A stretch of 64,000 nucleotides of DNA. It comes from Polyangia bacterium (lineage in GTDB: Bacteria > Myxococcota_A > Polyangia > Fen-1088). Within the stretch, counting starts at the first letter, position 1; the number at the start of each line of letters is the position of its first letter. A program made the translations under genes and the position numbers. Location: positions 4,638-68,637 of the forward strand of contig DASXOE010000020.1 of NCBI GenBank assembly GCA_036494575.1. The letters are read 5' to 3'. Below the pieces are notes generated by a model. That model searched no databases. It was not told where the DNA came from and saw only the letters and a program-made list of their open reading frames with translations. Positions 44,088 to 52,800 of the stretch are shown piece by piece.

Positions 44088-44190
44088 GATTTGCCGGCGG
44101 CGGTCGGAATACCTTGCACGGCGCCCTGGCCAAACGCACATCAGCGGGAGAGACTGAGCGCGGGCGCTCGGAAGGGCGCCGGGGGATCAC

Positions 44191-47100
44191 GTGATGAGCG
44201 TCGATCAACATAGGGTCCAGCAGGGTGCGACCGACGGACGGGCCGATGGGCCCGACGACGACGGCGACGATGCGCTGGTCGCCATCATCGGCATGGCGGG
44301 GCGCTTCCCGGGCGCGCCCGATCTCGAGCGGTTCTGGCGCAACCTCGCCGCCGGCGCCGAATCGATGCGGCACTTCACCGACGAGGAGCTCCTCGCGGCC
44401 GGCGAATCGCCGGCCGCGCTGCGTGATCCCGGGTACGTGCGCGTCTGTCCCGTGCTCGACGACATCGACAAGTTCGACGCCGGCTTCTTCGGCTTTTCGC
44501 CCAAGGAGGCGGCCATCAGCGATCCGCAGCACCGGCTCTTCCTCGAGATCGCGTGGGAGGCCTTCGAGAACGCCGGGTACGACCCGGGCCGCGCGCCGGG
44601 CGTCGTGGGCGTGTGGGCCGCCTGCGGCCTCAACGCCTATCTCATGCACCACCTCGTCACGAACCCGGACCTCATGGAGTCGGTGGGCGAGTGGCTGCTG
44701 CGTCACACGGCGAACGACATGAACTTCCTCGCGACGCGCGTCTCCTATGAGCTCGACCTGCGCGGCCCCAGCATGAACGTCCAGACCGCCTGCTCCTCGA
44801 CGCTCGTGACGCTGCACCTGGCCGTGCAGAGCCTGCTCGGGCGCGAGTGCGACCTAGCGCTCGCGGGCGGCTCGACGATCTCGCTGCCCCAGCGCGGCTA
44901 CATCTACAAGGAGGGCGAGATCCTCTCGGCCGACGGGCACTGCCGGCCGTTCGACGCGCGCTCGAAGGGCACGCTTTTCGGGAGCGGGGCCGGGGCCGTC
45001 GTTCTCAAGCGGCTCGCCGACGCGCGGCGCGACCGCGACAACGTCCTCGCGCTCGTGCGCGGCTCGGCCATCAACAACGACGGCTCGCAGAAGGTCGGCT
45101 ACCTGGCGCCCAGCGTCGAGGGTCAAGCGCGCGCCATCGCCGAGGCGCTCTCGGTCTCTGGCGTCGACGCCGGCACGATCTCGTACGTCGAGGCGCACGG
45201 CACGGGAACGCTCATCGGCGATCCGATCGAGGTGAGCGCCCTGACGCAGGCCTTTCGCGCGCACACGGATCGGCGCGGCTTCTGCGGCCTCGGCTCGCTC
45301 AAGTCGAACATCGGGCACCTCGGCGAGGCGGCCGGCGTCGGCGGGATCATCAAGACCGTCCTCGCGCTCGGACACGGCCAGATCCCGCCCAGCGCCGGCT
45401 ACGAGATCCCGAACCCCAACATCGACTTCGCGGCGAGCCCCTTCTACGTCTCGGATCGCCTGCGCGACTGGCCGCGCGGAGTGGGACCACGCCGCGCGGG
45501 CATCACGGCGCTGGGCGCCGGCGGCACGAACGCGCACGTCGTCCTCGAGGAGGCGCCCGCCGCGCCGCCTGGCGCGCCGGCGCGCGCATGGCAAGTGCTG
45601 CCGCTCTCGGCGCGGTCGCCGGCGGCGCTCGAGGCCGCGACCAAGCGGCTCGCCGCGCACCTCCGGGCGACGCCGGCGCTGCCGCTCGCCGACGCCGCGT
45701 TCACGCTGCAGGTCGGACGGCGCGCCTTCGAGCACCGCCGCGTCGCCGTGTGCCGCGACGGCGCCGACGCCATCGCCGTCCTCGAGGGGGCGGATCCGCG
45801 CCGGCTGCTCACGCAGGCGACGACGCGCAAGCAAGAAGCCGTCGAGGTGGTCTTCTCGTTCCCGGGCGCGGGCGCGCAGCACGCGGGCATGGGTCAGGAG
45901 CTGTACGAGACCGAGCCGCTCTTTCGCGCGGCGGTCGACGAGTGCCTCGAGCACGTGCGGCCCGAGCTCGGGATCGATCTGCGTCCCCTGCTCTACCCGG
46001 CCCGTGAACCCGGCGCGCGCGAAGCCGCGGACGCGCGCCTCGAGTCGCCGTCGCTCGCGCTGCCGGCGCTCTTCGCCACCGAGTACGCCCTCGTGAAGCT
46101 GCTGCGGTCGTGGGGGATCGCGCCCGCGGCCATGATCGGCCACAGCTTGGGCGAGTACGTCGCCGCCTGCGTGGCCGGCGTGTTCTCGAGCCGCGACGGC
46201 ATGCGCCTCGTCGCCAAGCGCGGGCTCCTCATCGAGACCCTCCCGCCTGGCGGCATGCTCGTCGTCCCTCTGCCGGCCGGGGAGCTCGCTCCGCTCTTGC
46301 CCGAGCTCGGGCTTTCGATCGCGGCCGTGAACACCCCCGAGCTGTGCGTGGCGTCGGGGCCCGTCGACGCCATCGCCGCGCTCGAGGCGACGCTCGCCGC
46401 GCGCGAGATCGACGCCCGCCGCCTGCACATCATCATGCCGGCGCACTCGACCATGCTCGACCCGATCCTCCCCGAGTTCGAGCGCTTCTGCCGGACGATC
46501 GCCTTCAGCGCGCCCACGCTGCCCTACCTGTCGAACCTGAGCGGCACGTGGATCACGGCGCGCGAGGCCTCCGATCCGCAGTACTGGGTGCGCCACCTGC
46601 GCCACACGGTGAGGTTCGCGGACGGCCTCGCGACGCTCATCGGACAGAAGAAATCGTGCTTGCTGCTCGAGGTCGGGCCGGGCCGGACGCTGACGAGCCT
46701 GGCGACGATGCAGCCCGCCAAGCCGGCGGGCGCCCTGCCAACGATGATTCATCCGAAGGAGACCGGCTCGGGCGTCGCGTTCCTGCTGGGGACGCTCGGC
46801 CAGCTCTGGCTCGCGGGCGCCGAGCTCGACTGGGAGAGGGGGCACGGGACGGCGGCGCGGCCGCGGCGCGTGCCGCTGCCCACGTACCCGTTCGAGCGGC
46901 AGCGCTACTGGATCGAGCGCGGGCAGGCGACGGCCGCCCGCGCGACCGCGCCGGGCGCGCTCAAGAAGGTCCCGGACCTCGCCGACTGGTTCTGGCTGCC
47001 GTCGTGGACGCGCACGGCGTCGCCGCCGGCGGCTGCTCCCCAGGGCGCGACCACGCTGCTCTTCGTCGAAGAGAGGGAGGAGAGCGCGGACGATGCCCGC

Positions 47101-49845
47101 GCGGACGAGCCCGGGTTGGGCGCGGCGCTCGCGGCGCGGATGCCGGGCTCTGTGACGGTGCGCGCCGGCGCGGGATTCGCGCGCACGCCCGACGGTGGCT
47201 TCACGGTGGCGCCGGGCCGACGCGCCGACTACGAGCAGCTCCTCGCCGCGCTGCGCGGCGACGGGAAGCTGCCCGACGAGGTGGTTCACCTCTGGTCGGT
47301 CGCGGGGCCGCGCCGCGCGACCGGCGACGCGCTCAGTGGCTACGAGCGCGCCTTCGAGCTCGGCTTTGCGAGCCTGCTCTGCCTCGCCCAGGCCCTCGCC
47401 CTCGAAGATCGGCCGGCGCGCTTGACGATCGTGTCGAGCGGGCTTCATCGCATCGGCGCCGAGACCGAGCGCGATCCCTTGAAGGCGCTGCTGCTCGGAC
47501 CGGCGCGCGTCATCGGCGCCGAGCTGCCCGCGATCGCGAGCCGCAGCGTCGACGTGTCGTGGCCCGTGGAGGCGCCCTGGCAGCGGCGGCGCGTCGTCGA
47601 GCAGGTGCTCGCCGAGCTCGGCGCGCCGCGCGCGGAGGATCCGGCGCGCGCGGAGAAGGTGATCGCGTACCGGGGCGCGGAGCGCCTCGTGCAGTCCTTC
47701 GAACGCGCGCCGCTGCCGGAGCGCGCCGAGGGGGCGCGCGGGTTTCGCGAAGGGGGCGTTTACCTCGTCACGGGCGGGCTGGGCGGCATCGGCGCCACGC
47801 TCGCGGAGCACCTGGCCCGCACGGCGCGCGCGAAGCTCGTGCTCGTGGGCCGGTCGGCGCGTCCCGAGCGCGAGCGCGCGCTGACGGATCTCGGCGCCGA
47901 CTTGCTCGTCGTGCAGGCGGACGTCACCGATCTCGGGCAGATGCGCGCCGCGATGAGCGCGGCGCGCGCGCGCTTCGGCCCCGTGACGGGCATCATTCAC
48001 GCCGCCGGCGTGCTCGAGGACGAGCTCATCCTGCTCAAGACCGTCGAGTCGGCGGCGCGCGTGATGGCGCCCAAGGTCAAGGGCGCGCTCGTGCTCGACG
48101 AGCTCGCGCGCGAGAGTGAAGTGCCGCCGGAGCTCTTCCTGCTGTTCTCGTCGGTGAGCGCCGTCCTCGGATTGCAGGGCCAGGTCGACTACACGGCGGC
48201 GAACGCCTTCCTCGACGCGCTCGCGCTCGAGCGCGCGGGCCGAACGCCCGAGACGAGCCTGGCCATCGACTGGGGCGCCTGGCGCGACGTCGGCATGGCC
48301 GCGACGATGGCCGCGCGCGGCCAGACGCGCGCGGGCACCGCGCCGGCCGCGAGCGGCGACTGGCTGGGCACGCGCCGGGCCGACGGCGCGTTCGAGCGCG
48401 CGCTCGGGGTCGACGACTGGTGGCTGCTCTCCGAGCACGTCGTCAAGGGGGGCGACGCTCTCATCCCCGGCACGGGCTTCCTCGAGCTCGCCCGCGAGGC
48501 GGCGACGCGCGCCCTGCCCGGCGCTGGGGCCCTCGAGCTCGATGACGTCGTCTTCCTGGCGCCCTTCGCGCTCGCGGGCGGGCAGCGCCGCCACCTGCGC
48601 GTCGCCGTGGGCGCCGACGGAGAGCTCGCCATCGACAGCGTCGCGGCGGACGGCGCGAGCGGGGAGGTTCGCCATGTTGCGGGGCACGCCGCGCGCGTCA
48701 CGGTGGCAGCGCCGGCGCCCGTGGATGTCGCGGCTCTGCGCGCCCGCTGCGCCGAGGCGCGCCCCGTGGGCGCGGGCGGCTTCCTGCCCCAGCGCTTCAT
48801 GAGCTTCGGCCCGCGCTGGGGCAACATCGTGGCCATCGGAGCGGGCGGCGGCGAGGCGCTCGTCGACCTCGAGCTCCCGGCCTCCTTCGCGGGCGATCTC
48901 ACGACGCACCTCCTGCACCCCGCGCTGCTCGACATGGCGACTGGCGCCGCGCAGGCGCTCATCCCCGGCTTCGACGCCGAGCGCGATTTCCACGTGCCGT
49001 TCTCTTACGGGCGCGTCCGCCTGCACGCGCCGCTGTCGCGGCGGCTCACGAGCCACGTGCGCTACCGCAAGGACAGCGCCAAGGACCTCCCCGCCTTCGA
49101 TGTCGTGCTCTTCGACGAGGGCGGCCGCGTGCTCGTCGAGATAGCGGGCTTCGTCATGAAGCGCGTCTCCGACCGGGGCGCGCTCGCAGGCGCCGCGGCG
49201 GGCGGGGCGGCGGAGCGCGCGGCGCCCGCCGGCGGCGCCGAGGCGTTGGCCACCGAGCTGCGCGAGGCCGCGTTTCGGGAGGGCATGCTGCCGGCCGAGG
49301 GCCTCGAGGCGCTCGAGCGCATCGTGTCCGCGCGGCTCGGCCCGGAGGTCATCGCGAGCTCGCTCGATCTGAACGAGTGGCTCGCCGCCACGGCGCGCGC
49401 CAACCACCCCACGGCGACGGCCGCCACCGACGCTTCAGCGAGCGCCGTGGCGCCGGCGGCGCGCCCGTCGGTCAGCACGACCTTCGAGGCGCCGCGCGGC
49501 GAGGAAGAGGAGCGCGTCGCCGGCCTGTGGCGCTCCATGCTGGGCGTCGAGCAGGTCGGGGTGCACGACAACTTCTTCGAGCTCGGCGGTCATTCGCTGC
49601 TGCTCACGCAGACGATCACGCGGCTGCGCAAGCTCGCGGGCGTCGACATCCCGCTCGGCGCCCTGCTGTCGAAGCTCACGATCGCCGAGATGGCCGCCGA
49701 GGTGGCGCGCGTGAAGGCCGCCGGCAAGAGCGCTGCGCCGCCGCCCATGCGCGCCGTTTCGCGCGACGCCTACCGGGCCAAGAGATCGGCCGTCGGCGAC
49801 GGTGGGCCTCGCCCCTCCCCGCCCGACGAATCGCAAGACGAGTGA
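44191..49845 (+). CDS. Type I polyketide synthase, single module KS-AT-(psiKR)-KR-DH-T
   Basis: 1884 aa. KS: TACSS (Cys codon 44791-44793), EAHGTGT, NIGHLGEAAG; roughly 44269-45555. AT: GHSLGE (Ser codon 44144+2000, i.e. 46144-46146); roughly 45847-46835; the specificity motif reads MPAHS, which is non-canonical. KR: TGGLGGIG (from 47770) and YTAAN (Tyr codon 48190-48192). DH after the KR: LSEHVVKGGDALIPGTG (His codon 48436-48438) and LHPALLDMATGAAQ. Carrier: FFELGGHSLL (Ser codon 49594-49596). Confidence 0.95.
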   Translation: MMSVDQHRVQQGATDGRADGPDDDGDDALVAIIGMAGRFPGAPDLERFWRNLAAGAESMRHFTDEELLAAGESPAALRDPGYVRVCPVLDDIDKFDAGFFGFSPKEAAISDPQHRLFLEIAWEAFENAGYDPGRAPGVVGVWAACGLNAYLMHHLVTNPDLMESVGEWLLRHTANDMNFLATRVSYELDLRGPSMNVQTACSSTLVTLHLAVQSLLGRECDLALAGGSTISLPQRGYIYKEGEILSADGHCRPFDARSKGTLFGSGAGAVVLKRLADARRDRDNVLALVRGSAINNDGSQKVGYLAPSVEGQARAIAEALSVSGVDAGTISYVEAHGTGTLIGDPIEVSALTQAFRAHTDRRGFCGLGSLKSNIGHLGEAAGVGGIIKTVLALGHGQIPPSAGYEIPNPNIDFAASPFYVSDRLRDWPRGVGPRRAGITALGAGGTNAHVVLEEAPAAPPGAPARAWQVLPLSARSPAALEAATKRLAAHLRATPALPLADAAFTLQVGRRAFEHRRVAVCRDGADAIAVLEGADPRRLLTQATTRKQEAVEVVFSFPGAGAQHAGMGQELYETEPLFRAAVDECLEHVRPELGIDLRPLLYPAREPGAREAADARLESPSLALPALFATEYALVKLLRSWGIAPAAMIGHSLGEYVAACVAGVFSSRDGMRLVAKRGLLIETLPPGGMLVVPLPAGELAPLLPELGLSIAAVNTPELCVASGPVDAIAALEATLAAREIDARRLHIIMPAHSTMLDPILPEFERFCRTIAFSAPTLPYLSNLSGTWITAREASDPQYWVRHLRHTVRFADGLATLIGQKKSCLLLEVGPGRTLTSLATMQPAKPAGALPTMIHPKETGSGVAFLLGTLGQLWLAGAELDWERGHGTAARPRRVPLPTYPFERQRYWIERGQATAARATAPGALKKVPDLADWFWLPSWTRTASPPAAAPQGATTLLFVEEREESADDARADEPGLGAALAARMPGSVTVRAGAGFARTPDGGFTVAPGRRADYEQLLAALRGDGKLPDEVVHLWSVAGPRRATGDALSGYERAFELGFASLLCLAQALALEDRPARLTIVSSGLHRIGAETERDPLKALLLGPARVIGAELPAIASRSVDVSWPVEAPWQRRRVVEQVLAELGAPRAEDPARAEKVIAYRGAERLVQSFERAPLPERAEGARGFREGGVYLVTGGLGGIGATLAEHLARTARAKLVLVGRSARPERERALTDLGADLLVVQADVTDLGQMRAAMSAARARFGPVTGIIHAAGVLEDELILLKTVESAARVMAPKVKGALVLDELARESEVPPELFLLFSSVSAVLGLQGQVDYTAANAFLDALALERAGRTPETSLAIDWGAWRDVGMAATMAARGQTRAGTAPAASGDWLGTRRADGAFERALGVDDWWLLSEHVVKGGDALIPGTGFLELAREAATRALPGAGALELDDVVFLAPFALAGGQRRHLRVAVGADGELAIDSVAADGASGEVRHVAGHAARVTVAAPAPVDVAALRARCAEARPVGAGGFLPQRFMSFGPRWGNIVAIGAGGGEALVDLELPASFAGDLTTHLLHPALLDMATGAAQALIPGFDAERDFHVPFSYGRVRLHAPLSRRLTSHVRYRKDSAKDLPAFDVVLFDEGGRVLVEIAGFVMKRVSDRGALAGAAAGGAAERAAPAGGAEALATELREAAFREGMLPAEGLEALERIVSARLGPEVIASSLDLNEWLAATARANHPTATAATDASASAVAPAARPSVSTTFEAPRGEEEERVAGLWRSMLGVEQVGVHDNFFELGGHSLLLTQTITRLRKLAGVDIPLGALLSKLTIAEMAAEVARVKAAGKSAAPPPMRAVSRDAYRAKRSAVGDGGPRPSPPDESQDE

Positions 49846-49864
49846 GACGAACGAGACGAATGAC

Positions 49865-52800
49865 ATGACGTCAGATCGCGACGAAAGATATCCCCTCTCG
49901 CCGGTGCAGGCCGGGATGCTGTTCAATCGGCTGAGCGCGCCGGCGAGCGGCGTCGACATCGAGCAGATGATCGCGGGCCTGCCCGAGGAGGTGGACGCCG
50001 CCGCGCTCGAGCAGGCGTGGCGTCTGGTCGTCGAACGCCATGCCGTGCTGCGCACGTCCTTCTCCTGGGGCGGCCCCGGCGCGCCCGAGCAGCGGGTGGC
50101 GGCCGCCGTCGAGGTGCCCTTCGCCCTTCACGACTGGCGCGGCGTGCCGAGCGCCGAGCAGGACGAGCGGCTCGAGGCCTTCCTCGTCGACGATCGCCGC
50201 CGGGGCTTCGACCTCGCGCGCGCGCCCCTGCTGCGGTTCGCGCTGTTCCGACGCGGCGCCGACGACGCCCAACTCGTTTGGACGTTCTTCCACGGCGTCC
50301 TCGACGGCGGCTCGTTCGTCGCCATAGTCAACGAGGCCTTCGACGTCTACGAGGCGCTCCGGCGCGGCGAGAAGCCGAGCGCGCCCGCGCCCCTGCCCTA
50401 CCGCGCCCACATCGAGTGGCTCGAGGGCGAGCTCCGCGCCAAGGCGGAGGCGGCGCGCGCCTTTTGGCACGCGCGGCTCGAGGGCTTCGCGGCGCCCAAC
50501 GTGCTGACGGCGGCGGGCTCCGACGGGGCGGCGCCGCGCGGCCACGGCGAACGCGCGTTCCGGCTGTCGCACGGCGAGACCGCCCGCCTGAGGGCGTTCG
50601 GCGAGGCCGCCGGCCTCACGCTCAACACGTTCGTCCAGGGGGCGTGGGCGCTCGTCATCGCGGCGTCGACGGGCGAGGACGACGTGGTCTTCGGCGCGAC
50701 GCGCGCGTGCCGGCGCTCTTCGGTGCCGGGCGCCGAGGGTATGGCGGGCGTCTTCATCAACACGCTGCCGCTCCGCCTGGCCGTCGACGCGGCCGCCTCG
50801 GCCGGCGACTGGCTGCGCGTCGTCCGCGAGCGGCACCGCGAGGTGCGCGCCTTCGAGCACACGCCGCTCGCCGACGTGCTGGCCGCGAGCGACGTGCCGG
50901 GCGACCAGAGCCTGTTCGAGAGCATCATCGTCTTCAACGAGCGGCTCATGGAGGCCGTCATGCAGGCGCAGGGGGGTGCCTGGGCGCGCCGGACCTTCCG
51001 CTGGATCGAGCAGACGAACTTCCCCATCACGCTGTTCGGTTACGCGGAGGACGAGCTCTTGCTCAAGCTCTCGTACGATCGCGCGCGCCTCGACGACGAA
51101 GCAGCGACGCGCTTGACCGAGCGCCTCCGCGCCGTGCTCGCGGCGCTCGCGGCGAACCCCGAGGCGCGCATCGGCGACCTGCCGACGGTCGCGCCCGAAG
51201 AGCGCGCGCTCGTCGTCGAGCGCTGGAACGACACCCGGGTCGACGTACCGCGCGACCGGTGCGTGCACGAGCTCATCGAGGCGCAAGCAGCGGCGACACC
51301 CGACGCCGTGGCCGTCGTCTACCGCGACGCCCGCCTGACGTACCGCGAGCTCGACCAGCGCGCCGACGCCCTCGCGCGGACCTTGCAGGCGCGCGGCGTG
51401 GGACCCGACACGCTCGTGGGCTTGTTCGTCGACCGCTCGCTCGAGATGGTGGTCGGTCTCCTCGGCATCCTCAAGGCCGGCGGCGCCTACGTGCCGCTCG
51501 ATCCCGAGTACCCGACGGAGCGGCTCGCCATGATGCTCGAGGACTCGCAGGCGCGCGTCATCGTGACGAGGACCGCGCTGCGCTCGGCCCTGCCGCCGCG
51601 CGCGGACGCCGAGATCGTGACGGTCGAGCTCGCAGAAGCGTCCGCGCCCGCGGCCGGAGCCCCGACGCTCCACCGCGCCGTCGCGCCGCACAACCTCGCG
51701 TACGTGATCTTCACGTCGGGCTCAACGGGCAGGCCGAAGGGCGTGATGATCGAGCACCGCAACGTCATCAACTTCTTCGCGGGCATGGACGCGCGCATCG
51801 GCGCGGACCGCGGCGTGTGGCTCGCCGTCACGAGCATCTCCTTCGACATCTCGGTGCTCGAGCTCCTGTGGACGCTCGCGCGCGGCTTCGAGGTCGTCGT
51901 GCATGGCGACGGCGATCGCCGCGCCGCCGCCGAAGGGAGCGCGCGCTCCGAGCCGGGTGACGGGCGCGGGCGCATGGACTTCAGCCTCTTTTACTTCGCG
52001 AGCGCCGCTGGCGCCGCGGTCGGGCAGCGCTACCGGCTGCTGCTAGAGGGCACGAAGTTCGCCGACGCGCACGGCTTCTCGGCCGTGTGGACGCCCGAGC
52101 GACACTTCCACGAATTCGGCGGCATCTATCCCAACCCGTCGGTCACGGGCGCCGCGCTCGCCGTGCTGACACGCAACGTGCAGATCCGCGCGGGCTCGGT
52201 CGTGCTGCCGCTGCACAACCCCATCCGCGTCGCCGAGGAGTGGTCGGTCGTCGACAACCTGTCGGGCGGACGCGTGGGCCTGTCGTTCGCGTCGGGCTGG
52301 CACGCCAACGACTTCGCGCTCATGCCCGAGAGCTATGCCGACCGCAAGAACGTCATGATCCGCGGCATCGAGACCGTGCGGCGCCTGTGGCGCGGCGAAT
52401 CCGTCCCGGCGCGCAGCGGCACGGGCGCCGAGATCCAGGTGCGCGTCCTGCCGCGCGCCGTGCAGGCCGAGCCGCCGCTGTGGGTCACGGCCGCCGGCAG
52501 CCCCGACACGTTCAGGTTCGCGGGCGAGCTCGGCGCCAACGTCCTCACCAACATGCTGGGCCAGAGCGTGGCGGATCTCACCGCGAAGATCGCCGTCTAT
52601 CGCGAGGCGCGCCGAGCGCACGGCCACGCCGGCCCCGGGCAGGTCAGCCTCATGCTGCACACGTTCGTGGGCGTCGATCGCGACGAGGTGCGCGCCAAGG
52701 TGCGCGACCCCTTCATGGCCTACCTCGAGACCTCCACCGACCTCATCAAGAAGGCCAAGTGGGAGTTCCCCGCCTTCGCGCAGCCCGGGAAGGATCGGGC

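Noticed and set aside
44100-44122. Sigma-54 (-24/-12) promoter reading of ..GG..N..TTGCA upstream of the PKS
   Set aside because: The TTGCA is present, but no GG dinucleotide lies at the required spacing (GG-N10-GC). The available GGs are 2 nt too near or too far.
44854-49407. 1517-aa minus-strand ORF antisense to the PKS, and similar long ORFs (33668-37111 minus, 49871-51691 minus, 58829-61903 plus, 27890-29482 minus, 38027-39988 plus)
   Set aside because: All lie opposite CDSs carrying unmistakable catalytic motifs. Their translations are low-complexity Arg/Ala/Gly/Pro strings. They are treated as GC-rich shadow ORFs.
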